From the NCBI RefSeq assembly GCF_006345805.1, contig NC_043002.1, positions 51,212,001-51,276,000 of the forward strand: a DNA stretch of 64,000 bases, read 5' to 3'. Of the stretch, positions 26,623 to 39,429 are shown piece after piece. Source of the stretch: Octopus sinensis (Eukaryota). How positions within the stretch are numbered: the first letter of the stretch is position 1; every line of letters starts with the position of its first letter. The notes under the pieces were generated by a model, which worked only from the letters and a program-made list of their open reading frames with translations, was not told where the DNA came from and ran no database searches. The position numbers and the translations under genes are program-made.

Positions 26623-26728
26623 TTTCTTACTGATGATTCTAGGCCTATGGAAGATTGGCTTGATTTTTTAATTTAATCAGGTTAGTTTACCATTAAACAG
26701 TAGATGAAACGGTGCATCGTATAAGAAA
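26623..26728 (+). ncRNA. Type I hammerhead fold, family 1, inverted copy
   Basis: Stem I 26623-29/26722-28 (7 bp); CTGATGA 26630-36; GAAA 26706-09; stem III ACGG-UGCA-UCGU; GUA cut after 26721. Confidence 0.8.
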
Positions 26729-26847
26729 TTACAGGGTAAATGTTTTTTAATTTTCTCTGGTTTACGGAATTGATGTTATTTTGCGGTTGAAGCTTTGGCT
26801 GTTATTTCTAGTGGGTGAATGGCCTATTATGGCCGGTCTTGATTGTG

Positions 26848-26880
<33 letters not shown>

Positions 26881-28202
26881 ATATATATATATTGGTTTGC
26901 TAGGATTTGTATCGGATTCATAGTATGAGCCCGAGGTTATGCTTGCTTTGGATTCATACGAAGTCGATTTTGTTTACCGTATTATCCAGGAGGATTGCAG
27001 ATACTGTACATATTTTAACATCATTTTTTTTTAAGATTGTTATGGTTTATTTCTTGAGCGTGTCGGTTATGCTTCCCATCTGACTTTTGGGAACACTTAG
27101 CCAGTCATGCCGATATAAATTCTTGATCTTTCAGGAGAATGCGATTTCATGCACCTTACTTATGTTGTAGTTCTACGTCATTTTCTCACTCACTTTCCTT
27201 TTTGTTAAAATTAGCCAAGCAGATTCGTCTGAAAGTCAGATAGAATGCCTTGCAATATTTGTTCTTGATGACCAAGTTCTGAGTGCTAATGCTGAAGAGG
27301 TAGTATGTAAGATAACGGAAATCACTTTAAGCAATCTAACTAGACTGTCCTGGATACCTGGTGGAGAGCTCTCTTGGAGGAATCGAGAGTGGACGACCGA
27401 GAAGTGGCTAATATCTGAAGTTCTTGAGTTAGTTAGAGAACATGCTGTCGCCTCTCTCTAACTTTTCAAGTGCTACTCTAATAACTAGTCTTTCAGCTGC
27501 AGTTATAAAAGCTCCTACCTTTTTGGGTGTTACCCCCAAATGAATTCTTCCCTTTTCTTATGCTTATGCTACTATAATGCTCCCTGCATTTTCTGGTACT
27601 ACAATAATAGCTTCTGTCTTTTCTACTGTTACTATGAAGACCTCTGCCTTCTCAGACCTAGCTGGTATCTTAGCACTTCCATTCATTCCCTGCTAACTCA
27701 CACATCTCTTCTTTTCACCTTACTTATATTGCGTTCATCCGTTTAAGGCACTGCATTAGCTGCAACATCCAGTCCTTCCACCCCAGGATATTGTTCCTCT
27801 TGACTTCTTTCCCTGAAGTGTTGTTTCCTGTCACTATTGATAGGCAACTGTTCAAGAGATTAAGAACATCAATCTCGCAGATCCTAGAGACCCTGTACAA
27901 GCCATAAATACAGCCTTTCCTCTAGACTAAATCAATTTTTGTTTTTTAAAAAAAGTGTCGTTTTCCGTCAATGAGACATTCTTTTGTTAAGGAGGTGTAT
28001 TAGATATTTTTTTTGTTTTTATTACTATTTAGTTTTTGTCATCTATAATACAAAATGTTCTATTTATCAATATCAAGTCATTTCAATTGCTGACTTGACT
28101 TACATGCTCCAATGAACTCTGAAGGTGTTATTTCTAAATAACATATTGCTTACATATACATACATATGTACAGATATATATATATATAGATATATATATA
28201 TA

Positions 28203-28290
<88 letters not shown>

Positions 28291-28913
28291 TACGTACATA
28301 TAAAGAACATATATGGTGTGTGTGTGTGTAGTGTTATTCTATTCTGGGTACATTTTATTTATTTTTTGTATACTCTATTCTCATGTTGCAATTCTTCTTG
28401 TATTTCATTTTTTTTATCGCAGAGCTTATCTATTAGCTTTCACTTGAACCAAACCACGAATGAAAAGGGGAGGGAAAACAGAAAAGATAAGAATTTTTTT
28501 TTCTTTTAGTTTAACTGATGACAGCAACAAGAGGCAACACAACAAAATATATGCAAGAACTCAAGATCGTAAACTTTCAGATTGCTAACATATTTTGGCT
28601 GTGTTTGTGCAGGTTTGTGCAGTCGACTTAATATCGACACCAAGTTACTATTCCTAACGCTGTTCTTGCGGATGCTGCTGTTATCAGTGGCGGTTTTACC
28701 TTATTTGTTGTTGCTGTTATTGTTATTTTGTTTGTTGCTATTGTAGTTCTTGTTCTTATTCTTGTTGTATTCATTAACGAAAATGATGTAATATATCATC
28801 TGGGAAAGATAATTCATAATCAGTTGGGTATTGCAATATTGTAACGCATCAGTACGATGTGAAAATGTGTGTCCGGCAGGTTAAAGATGAATTTAGACAA
28901 CAATAGTTTCAGC

Positions 28914-29008
28914 ATTGATAATGATGATGATGATGATGATGACGACGATGATGACGGCGACGACGATGACGATGGTGACGACGACGACGACGATGATGAT
29001 GATGATAA
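28914..29008. repeat. (GAT/GAC)n trinucleotide repeat
   Basis: Direct inspection; the poly-D and poly-S ORFs here are artefacts. Confidence 0.9.
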
Positions 29009-30591
29009 TAATATACTGCGACAGCTGGATTTTTCACTTGATCTAGTAGCACTTTTTGCACTCCAACACGTTAGGTCTAGTATAAAAATGAACATATGTA
29101 CATATATATATATATATATATAATTTATATATATACATACATACATACATATATGCATACATACATACACACACACACACATGCACACACATATATATAC
29201 ACACACAAACACAGACACTTATATATTCTAAAAGACAAACTTCGAAAAGAAAATAATATAAACTGAAGACAGATGAATGAAGAGAAAAAAATAGGATGTT
29301 GAAAAGAAAAGAAAAGAAAAGAAAAAAAATACTGTGAAGAATGAAAGATAACACAAAAGAATAGCAAAATGTAGTGGAAAAAAAGTTTAAAAAATGATGT
29401 ACCAGAAAGGTAAGGAGAAAATGGCGGAAGGAGGTCGAGAGAGGAAGCAATCGTTAATCGTAATATATCTTCTCAAGTCTATGTCTTTCTGAGTTATAGA
29501 CAAACCAACGTGTGATACACACACAGAACATACTCACATACATATAAAAACATTAGTATGTATATGCTTGTATGTGTAACATATATATATATATATATAT
29601 ATATATTTCTTTTATCGGTGTGTCTGTAGACTTCAACAGTCTATTGTCTATTATAAATGAACCTGTGTTTGCACCATTAGTTCATACTCGTGTATGTGCA
29701 TTCATCGTGAGCCTCTATACGCGCATATGTATTTGCTATTGAGTGTGTAAAAGTTTACGTGCATTTATATGCTATTTATGAAAGATTATAACCTTTTTCT
29801 TTTCTCTCCTTTAACCATTACAATAACTGACAATACTGTTAGGCTTCTATGGTTACAAGTCATTGACATTCGTTTCTCTCGCTTCTCTGTTATTCTGTAT
29901 TAAGTCTGCATATTGAAAAATGGTCAGCTCCGGTCTTCTAACCATATTTGACACCAAAACAGAAAGTTCCGGCGTTTCAATGATATAGGACGTTCAGAAT
30001 GATCCGTTCCGATCTTTCAGCTATATCACTGATACTCACAGATGCAGATACACAGACACAAAAACACACGATTTATGCACACTTTCAAACATACAGATAT
30101 TAAATGCGGGCAAATACATTCACAATAGGATAGACATTCACACACGTTAACGCACACATATATTGCAATGATGTGGTGTTCAAGTATCTTAGTTGATTGG
30201 AATTTTGTGCTTTCGCGTTCAAATGACAAACCATTCAGAAATCAGCTACGTCAGTGGCGGAGTCGTCAGCGCAACGTACAAAATACCTCTGAGAATACCT
30301 TGAGGGCGCTTACGTTCTGAGGTTAAATTCCATATAGATTTACCTCGTCTTGAACACACACGCATTCACACACAGACACACACACACACACACACACACA
30401 CACCACACACACCACACTCGCCTTGTGTGTGTGAGCGTGTGAGTGTGTGCATATGTGCGTATGTGTATTAACAGTAGAAAACTTAAGCATCGTTATTATT
30501 GCTCTGCGTTTCATGATTTGCAAATTAATATAATTACTTTGTCTCACTCACTTTTTCTGTTTCTCTGCATATCATCGGACATAAACATACA

Positions 30592-30628
<37 letters not shown>

Positions 30629-30639
30629 ACACACACATA

Positions 30640-30755
30640 CGAGGGGGGTGTGAAAAGTTTTGAGCCTTCAAAAGCCTTTGAGCCTCGAAACCTATACCAT
30701 GGTTTTTCTTTTTTTCTTCTTGTTTTGAGGCTCAAAACTTTTCATACACCACTCG
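30640..30755. mobile_element. 116-bp mariner-derived MITE
   Basis: TA|CGAGGGGGGTGTGAAAAGTTTTGAGCCT ... AGGCTCAAAACTTTTCATACACCACTCG|TA. Confidence 0.85.
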
Positions 30756-31859
30756 TATATTGTATATCGATACATGTGTGTGTGTGAGAGAGCATCCATG
30801 CATTTGTGTATATATATATATATATATATATATAACTATTAGCAACTTAAGCTTCTTCAGTCACGTTTCTAGTTGCCCAACTAATTATTGTATGCAAAGT
30901 GATGTTGCAAAATATTCACGAAATAAATGCAAAAACCGAAATGCCATTAGTCAATAGTACAACGAAATGTGATAGCCAAAAATATACGTTAGAAAATGTT
31001 TTACATTTATTAATCACAATGAGAGAAAATGTGACATATTTATCTGTTCATGTGCGAAGACTTGTCCACGACTGTCTTGGAATCTCCAGAATATAATCAT
31101 CTAGCCCTTTATATAGTCTATTAAGGTTATTCTGGAGATCATTTCAATTTCTTATATGGTACTTACTACACCTCCTCTAGAGTCTGAGATTATTTCAATT
31201 AGTCAAGAATTTATGTTGTAATTATTTGATACGCCCGCATTTCTCACGCTCTCTCTCCCTGCGTGTGTGGGTGTATATATATATATATATTATATTATAT
31301 ATATATATATATATATACTCACACACGCATAGAAACAGAAAGAGAGCGAATTTATTCTTCCTTAATGTAAAATCAACCAAAACAGTATTCCATCCGATGT
31401 AGGATAAATGACATTTAATGTACACATTAGAAAGATAAGAGTTACTAATAGTTTCTTGCTGTGAAGACACGTGTCTAAGCAGTTTTTATAACACGCTTTG
31501 TATCTCCAAGCAATCTCAGGATTTGAGAATATGGTATGTTCTATTTCGAAATCAGGACGCTGGTACTTAAGAACTCGTGAGAAAAATACGCGTGAGGGGG
31601 AGTAAAAACTGAAAAAGAAAAGAAAAGAAAGCAAACTAAAGTTTTACTATAGGAGCCAAATTTAAACTAGTTCATGCAGAATCATCCAATGGTGATAAGT
31701 CCGAAGACTGTGAGGCAGCTACTCGATCCAGAGAGTTTGGTGTCCTCTAGTTCACCAGAAGAAATTTGTCATTAATCTTCTATTTACTGAATAAATTATT
31801 TAGCCCTCATTGAGGCAGAACCCCTTATTTAGTTACTAATATTAGATTCCGTAAGCATT

Positions 31860-32960
31860 AAAACGCTTTTCAATCCAAACTAAAATCTGATATGAGAAAC
31901 TTTAGAAACCCTAAAATTAAATTCGTATTTTCTGATAATACCAACAACCTTTATGAAGTCATGTGTGATAGCTGTTGTATGATACCATTTCTACTAAATT
32001 TAAGAAAGCTAACAAAGATAAATACAATGGTATTAACAATAAGGCTAAATTCCTCTCTAAACGTAGTAAAATTAATGATAGATTAGAACGCTTAGCAAAA
32101 AGAGGGAGCTTTCATTACCCTCAAAGATCACAACCCTAATTTCAGTAATAAGCCTACTTGTAGACTGTTAAACCCCGTGAGAAATAAAATAGATTTAGTA
32201 ACCAAAAACACTAAGGAATGTTAATATCAGAATTAGCGAAACTACTGAGTTACAGGCACATGAACTCAATCTCGATTCTACCACCGTACAAAATTATTTT
32301 CTAGCATATCATCGAGTTCCCAGGACCTTTGGGAATGGAATTTAGTACATAGAAACTGTGCAGAAGCATTTCAGAGTTATTGAAGTTCTGTTGTGCTAAA
32401 ATTCATCCATAATACATAATTTTATGCATGATTTGTGAAAGCTTACGGTAAGATTGTGCAAAATATTTTTTTGCAAATAAAGCAACTTGGTTTTCGCTTA
32501 AATACAAGTCGTCTGTGATCGGGGAGAGAGACTTATGAACCAAAGGATTCCAGCATTCAAGAGTCCGTATTTATGGTGTAACACCGACTAACTTATTCAA
32601 TGTGAATCTACCTCCTTTGTAGCTATGTGATAGTGATGTAGTAATATGTGAATTTAGAGCCTTATATAGATGTAAACTAAAAATAAACCAAGAAAGGCTG
32701 TAGATTAACAATGTTGTTAAAGCGTGGAGCAAATGTCTTGTGTCAATTTTTCAGGCTCTTCAATTCTAGTTTTCAATTACACTAAGGTCAAATTTAGGAA
32801 TATGTGATTAAATGCAAAATCTAGGAAAACATAAAATGTGAACTGTGAATAGCAAAAAGACAAGACTCCTAACAAAAATTTGTTTAAATACAAGATTAGA
32901 TCTCTCCAGGAAATGGAAACATATCGAAAAGCAACCTATATGCTACGAAGAAACATCATC
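31860..32960 (+). mobile_element. Decayed, internally deleted Penelope-like element (Naiad-like)
   Basis: ..[41 protein letters not shown] (32060-32200, frameshifted); GIY-YIG C-terminal remnants IKCKI..KCEL*..LNTRLDLSRKWKH (32800-32925). Confidence 0.65.
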
Positions 32961-33070
32961 TTCATCAACCTACGTTCACCTGTGAGTAGACTTCTGTGAT
33001 CTCAGTTTTCTTTTCTCGTTCCTTATCCAAGTTTCGTTCTATCATTCACTTTACTTTATATTTACTTTGT

Positions 33071-33393
33071 GAGGGCGCGTAGCTTAGTGGTTAGGGCTTT
33101 CGGCTCATGATCGTAAGGTTGTGAGTTCGATTCCCGGCGACGCGTTGTGTCCTTGAGCAAGACACTTTATTTCAGGTTGCTCCAGTCCACTCAGCTGGCA
33201 AAAATGAGTTGTACTTGTATTTCAAAGGGTCAGCCTTGTCACTCTCTGTGTCACGCTGATTATCCCCGAGAACTACGTTAAGGGTACACGTGTCTGTGGA
33301 ATGCTCAGCCATTTGCACGTTAATTTCACGAGCAAGCTGTTCCGTTGATCGTACCAGCTGGGACCCTCGTCGTCGTAACCGGCGGAGTCTTTT
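33071..33393 (+). mobile_element. Full-length CORE-like tRNA SINE
   Basis: A/B boxes (tagcttagtggtta, gagttcgattccc), gtgtccttgagcaagacacttta; candidate TSD atatttacttt at 33058 and 33395. Confidence 0.9.
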
Positions 33394-34042
33394 AATATTT
33401 ACTTTACCTTACTTCTTATCTTTATGCTTTGTCTTTTTTTTTTTTTGCCTACCATGCATCTTCCTACTCTTCCTATTTTCCAACGCACCTTCTTGATTCA
33501 CAACTATTAAATCTTCTGAAAATTGTCTTATTGCTGTTCATTCAATCAGAAAATCGATCCACATTATTTTAATTTGTTACAATAAATATTCCATTGAACC
33601 ATATACTGAAACTAGGAGACCACACTCACAAGATGAACCAAAATATATAAAATGCTGGATAGACACTGAGGTTTAACAGTCTGATGAAATCAATGAGCGG
33701 TAAAATTTCGAAGCTTTTGTCAATATATTCCTTGGAAAGATAAACTTGATACTCGGCTTAATTTTTCAAAATTGTTTGACTGTTGTAAAGTATAAGTATG
33801 CATAAAAACAAACACTACTATTTATATATGTACAGGGTGCGTCAAAAGTTGTTATATGGTATTTATTACATTATAACTATCGAGTAGAATCGTAATAACA
33901 ACGCTGGTAATACGTATGTTGGTTACGTAAGTTTGTATGTATATATATATATTTATATATGTACATACACACATATATATGTATATATATATATGGGTGT
34001 GTATGGAGGGTGCATGTGTGTGTGTGTGAGCCCAGTTCACAA

Positions 34043-34195
34043 CTAGCCATCGAACGCAACGTGAGACAGAGGAGCAGATCACTGATATTTTTGTGATATT
34101 TTCGCAGCATAAAATAATAAAGCATATTACTCTACCTCAGGTATTCGAGTGCCAGTTTCTTCCCCCCCACTTGTTTCACATTATGTGCATACCGG
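34043..34195 (+). repeat. Degenerate copy of the family-2 hammerhead repeat
   Basis: ccatcgaacgcaacgtgagacagagg resembles ccgacgaacggcaacgtgaaactcagag; downstream catattactctacc..ggtatt.gagt..ttgtttcacatt matches 22718-22772. Confidence 0.6.
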
Positions 34196-34220
34196 GTATA
34201 TAATATATATAATATATATA

Positions 34221-34302
<82 letters not shown>

Positions 34303-34885
34303 TACATATACTATATATTATATGTGGGTGTGTGTGTGTGTATAGCTTATACTCTCATTCCAATAGTATCAACAGAACACAACGTAGACCCACAAGCGTG
34401 CGCCCAAATACCACACGCGCGCGCGAACACATACACACACGTACACACTCACACACACACACATACACATGCACACACACAGATTTTTATGAATACAAAC
34501 GCTTCAATCTGCCGAGACCATTCAGCTATATGCCACGTTAATAGATTTCTAAAAGACCAGTTGATTTCATTTTAAAAGAAATGCTACTATACACGCATAT
34601 GTTAATATCTGTAGGCATGTAGGTATGTAAGCTTATATATATATGTGTGTGTGTGTGTGTATATATTTATATATGTATATATATATATGTATATATATAT
34701 ATACATATATATATATACATATGTTTGTATGTATATATATATATGTAAATATATATATATGTATATATGCATATATATGTATGTATATATATATATTTAT
34801 ATATTTATATTGATATATATATATATATCTTCCTGCATATATAAAAATATACGATTATGTATAAGTTTACATACATACACACATA

Positions 34886-34917
<32 letters not shown>

Positions 34918-34966
34918 ACGTGTGTGTGTGTGACATTATGTGTATTCGTATATGTGTTCATGTAAG

Positions 34967-34998
<32 letters not shown>

Positions 34999-35768
34999 AT
35001 AGATATAGCAAGTATGTCTTCACACACTAAACGCATACATATCGTAATGGTCTGCTGGTTGTTACATTATCATCTACCAGAGCATTGTTCACTGCCAGAC
35101 CGAATGGAGCCCTAAACCTATACGCTGGCAGTTTCTTGATATGAATGGATAATGTGGTCAAAGGTCAGAGATTCGTGTAAGTCTGCACATGGCTAAAAGA
35201 TTTACGAGTATTTTCGTCCGAACACTGCCAAAGAGGTCGTCAAATTTTTCACACACTAACATAAGATGCGAGATATAGTTGTGTGGCCTATAACAGTTTG
35301 TGATTGTGTGCATTTGTCGTGTGTGCAATTATTTGTCTACGTTTGCCTGTGTAAATTTTGTAGTAAGCATACGTATATACATACATGGAAATATATACAT
35401 ACGAACATATATATATATATATATATAATATATATAAATATATAGATAGATAGATGTATATACGTTTGTGTTTGTGTGTGTGTACCTATGTATGTGAGTC
35501 TGTCTGTACTAGTTTGTATGTGTATAATTGAATCGCTTTTTTTGTGAGTACATATTAAAATACAGTTGTGTGTTGTGTAGCATTTGGTAATGTGTATAAA
35601 TTGTCTTTGTGTATATATGTCGAAAGAGAAAGAATTGTTAGTCCTCGGGAGAATTTTCCACTGTATCAGTTTATACATACATACATACATACTAACACAC
35701 ACACACACACATATGTATCTGTGTGTATGTGTGTATGTATATATATATACATACACACATACACACAA

Positions 35769-35815
<47 letters not shown>

Positions 35816-36062
35816 CATATATATGTATATATATTATATATATATACATATATATATGTATATATATATAAAAATATAAGTGTGTGAGCGCGCGTGTGTG
35901 TGAGTAGGAATGTAAGTATATGTTATGCACTCTGTTGTGGATATTTCTATGAACTTTCTATGAATAATTGAGTGTATATTTGGTTATATTTGTAAACAAA
36001 GATAGAGATGTGTGTTCCGTTGTGTTTAGTAATTTGTGTAATTATATGTATCTCTGTCCATA

Positions 36063-36590
36063 GACGCAGCGTGGCTCAGTGGTTAAGAAATTCCTAGTTC
36101 AATCACACGAGCTTGTGTTCGATCCCACTACATGGTTTCTTGAGCAGGTGATTTTTCTTTGTTTTTGTTTTTTTTTTGGTCATAGAATCAGTTCGAACCT
36201 GTCGTGTACGTAGAAATTTTCTAGATGGAACTTGTGTTGAAGCCCATCAGATACTTTCAAAAGTAATCCTTGTTTCATGCCGATTCAGTGGTTCAGTTGA
36301 TCAAACATTTGAATGCTCATCGTCGAAACAGACAGAGAACCATTGTACTCTATGTCTGCATATGAAATACGACAATGTATTCAATATCAGTTCATGGACT
36401 GTGTGTTTACTTATTTATATACGAATGGCCGAGTGCGTAAGAAGCTCACATTGTAGCCAGGTAGGTGTAGTTTCGGGTTCGGTACCACTATACGACACAT
36501 TGAGCATGTGTCTTCTAATATAGCCACAGCCGAACAGTACCTGTCGGTGAATTTGTTTGACAGAAACTGTAAGGAATCCCGCCATATATA
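36063..36590 (+). mobile_element. Two old SINE head modules (36063-36250, 36424-36590)
   Basis: tRNA-like boxes plus ttgagca(g/t)gtg..tt; gacagaaactg(t)aag. Confidence 0.6.
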
Positions 36591-36749
36591 TTGACACATA
36601 CATATAAATGCATATTTGCTTTTAATTCTTTCAGTCATAAGACATCATCCATGCTGGAGCACAGCTTGTAGGAAACTATAGCCAGTATGATATTTTATAT
36701 ATTATTAGATATACATTCAAATAATAATATATATATATACATACATACA

Positions 36750-36823
<74 letters not shown>

Positions 36824-36853
36824 GAAGGTTTCGAGATGATGTACAGTATTAAT

Positions 36854-37080
36854 ATATTAGAAGAAATAAGGTACTCAGAAATTTTGATGGTTTTATATTT
36901 ACAGATATTTATTAATATGATGCCACATGTTTTTTATAAATCATATTTTAGCGCTAGTGTCCAATCTAGTGGAGTCTCTTCTTCAGTCTCCAGATATATG
37001 ATTTATAAAAACATGTGACATATTAATGAATACCTGTAAATATAAAACCATCCAGATTTCTGAGTACCTTAATTATTCTA

Positions 37081-37084
<4 letters not shown>
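36854..37084. repeat. ~230-bp fold-back element (arms ~90 bp)
   Basis: atattagaa..aaggtactcagaaat..gatggttttatatttacag..cacatgtttttataaatcatat paired with 36996-37084. Confidence 0.9.
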
Positions 37085-37117
<33 letters not shown>

Positions 37118-37120
<3 letters not shown>

Positions 37121-38267
37121 GTTGCGAAAGGTATTTGAGGACAGTTTTGGTACACAATAAAGCAACTTATATTTCAGCATAAATATGTATTTGAATAAAC
37201 ATTCGTGCAATTAGTCTTGATAATTATTTTTAAGCAAATTATTCTATGAAACCACTTTCGGTTTCGATGAGTGTTGGTGGCCTTCAGTGAAGCTATGGTA
37301 TTATGAGGATGATGATCATCCTCCCTTTCAACAGTGCTCCAAGCATAGTAGTCCATGGGCTTCTAATCTGGCGAACTTGGAATCTACATATTGGGTGTTA
37401 CATAATCGTAAAGATTATCTCACAACCATTCTTGGATGATTGGGGCTTTGTGAAAGATACTGAATCTTGTTGAAACACGAATAGCCTTCCATTGCACACT
37501 TCATCAATCCAGGTCTTAACAATTTCCAGCATCTCAAAGTATCCAGCATCATTAATTCTAAGACCCTGTGGAAAAAAGTGGGGAGGCATCATACGACCTT
37601 GGTTATTCAGCACTCCTAAAATTATCACAGTTGCTGCAAATTCCGTGTGCATCACGGTGGGTACTTCATAATCACCTGTCATTTCTTCTATTGGACTTTT
37701 CATTCTGGCCAAAGTTTTTTCGTCAGAGAAAAATCAAAGAAAGCCTTGTTGATGAGGGGTTTTCACGTTGTTAAATATCCATTTTGAACGGATAAGACTG
37801 TTTTCCTGTGTCTTTGCATGCACGAATTGGCCTTTCCTCATTACATACGACTTCTATCGAATGTAACGATGTACCACATTCTGACACCCAAAGTTCTTTA
37901 GCAGTGGACCTCATTGTTCTTCTGGGGTTTTCATCGATAATATTTTGAACATGTATAAATTCCGATATTCTTTTAGTGTCTGAGCGTTGTAGATGATTTT
38001 TCACTTTGTTACAAGTGAAACAGTATCATCACAAGCCTCCAATTCAAACCGAACTTTGTGTACAAATGATCTTGCAACATTTAAAAAGTTGCTCAGATCT
38101 AAATCACAGTATTTTGCATGTATGGCAACTATGACTGCATGTCTTTTCATTTCTTGAGTTAGCATGATGTCTTGAAAGTGTTAACTGAAAAAAAAATTGA
38201 TACATTAAATAATATGAAAGTGCAATGAACTAAAAACGAAATGTCCTCAAATACCCTTCACACCCGG
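37118..38267 (-). mobile_element. Near-complete decayed DD37D (maT-like) transposon with TIRs
   Basis: TA|CAGGTTGCGAAAGGTATTTGAGGACA ... TGTCCTCAAATACCCTTCACACCCGG|TA; transposase pieces ENPRRTMRSTAKELWVS, VMHTEFAATVIILGVL, FVFQQDS. Confidence 0.85.
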
Positions 38268-38273
38268 TATATA

Positions 38274-38490
38274 TCTCTCTATATATATATATGAAACTGA
38301 GAATATGTCTGTGTGCCTGTATGTATGCATCACTAAAACTCGAGAACTACCCAACTGATTTCATTCAAATTTTAGATATACACTACTTAGAGTCCATGGA
38401 GTGTCATGGGCCAAACACGATTCAACTTCTTGCTTAATGTGAGGCTGAAGCAGTCTCTTAACCTGTTTCGGTAATAAGTATCAAAAGTGA
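38274..38490 (+). mobile_element. 5' part of a non-autonomous Helitron-like element
   Basis: TCTCTCTATATATA..gaaactgagaatatgtctgtgtg start resembles the 6696 element; truncated by the CR1 copy. Confidence 0.55.
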
Positions 38491-38497
38491 AACAATT

Positions 38498-38956
38498 AGA
38501 AGCTGGCTATCCGCATGGTTCTTGGTCTCAAGCATTTGTCTTATAAAGAAAGGCTGAAGACGCTCGACCTTTATTCTCTAGAAAAACGACTACGCCGTGG
38601 TGATCTCATTCTTGCTCACAACATCATAAGCGGAAAGTGTAACCTCTCGAAAGAGCTGTTCTTCACTCCTACTTCAGAGCGTCGGCTGCGGGCTCACTCC
38701 GAAAAGCTCTATCTGCGACGATTTCATCTCAATCGAAGGAAAGGGGCTTTCTCCGTCCGGGATGCGGATCCGTGGAATAAGCTGCCGGACGAGATAGTGA
38801 AGATGCCGACGACCGCTCGGTTCAAAGTCTCCCTTGACCACAAGTGGCCTGAACTCTTTACATGAACACTACCCTGTACATAACTCCATGTCCCCCTACA
38901 TGGCATGACTTTTTGCTTTTTGAGCCAAAAAATTAACTAACTTAACTAACTAACTA
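38498..38956 (+). mobile_element. 3' end of CR1/L2-like LINE with (AACT)n tail
   Basis: LSYKERLKTLDLYSLEKRLRRGDLILAH..FSVR..PWNKLP..FKVSLD. Confidence 0.9.
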
Positions 38957-39275
38957 TATCGCTATTGTAATGTGCGATAATCGTTTCAGTTTTAATAATT
39001 TCACTACGCATATAATATATATACATACTGAAACTATTATCTCACATTACATATATACATGCATATATATATATGTATGTATATATATATAAATATATAT
39101 ATGTATGTATATATATATATATATGTATATATATGTATTTATATGTATAATATGTAATAATATGTATTATATATGTATATATATATATATATATATACAT
39201 ACAAATATATATATACATATATATACATATATAACATATACATACATATATATACATATAATATATATATATGTA

Positions 39276-39317
<42 letters not shown>

Positions 39318-39429
39318 TACATACGTATGTATATGTATATATATAGATGCATGTATATAGATATATATGTATGTGTATATATGTATGTATATATATGTAT
39401 ATATGTGTATATATATGTGTGTGTGTGAT

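Larger units (their letters stand above)
25771..26849. mobile_element. Non-coding ~481-bp tandem unit plus inverted copy (retrozyme/pLTR-like), inserted in (TA)n
   Basis: Unit 25771-26251; partial direct repeat 26252-26433; 26434-26849 is the reverse complement of ~25871-26284; no ORF >=60 aa. Confidence 0.9.

Noticed and set aside
26893-27830. Possible very old LINE ORF on the minus strand (also a lone LEYAS near 20760)
   Set aside because: Only isolated weak motif echoes amid many stops; not assignable without a profile search.
29418-29495. YY1-like AAAATGGCGG and a short ORF MAEGGRERK
   Set aside because: Lies in purine-rich low complexity, stops after 23 codons and has no good donor.
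33071-33145. tRNA gene-like A/B boxes (also 51953, 58537, 18510)
   Set aside because: No cloverleaf or acceptor stem; each continues into a SINE body with TSDs.
33678-33725. CTGATGA...GAAG (also CTGATGA at 20473 and 46566)
   Set aside because: GAAA box or stem I pairing is missing; expected chance matches.
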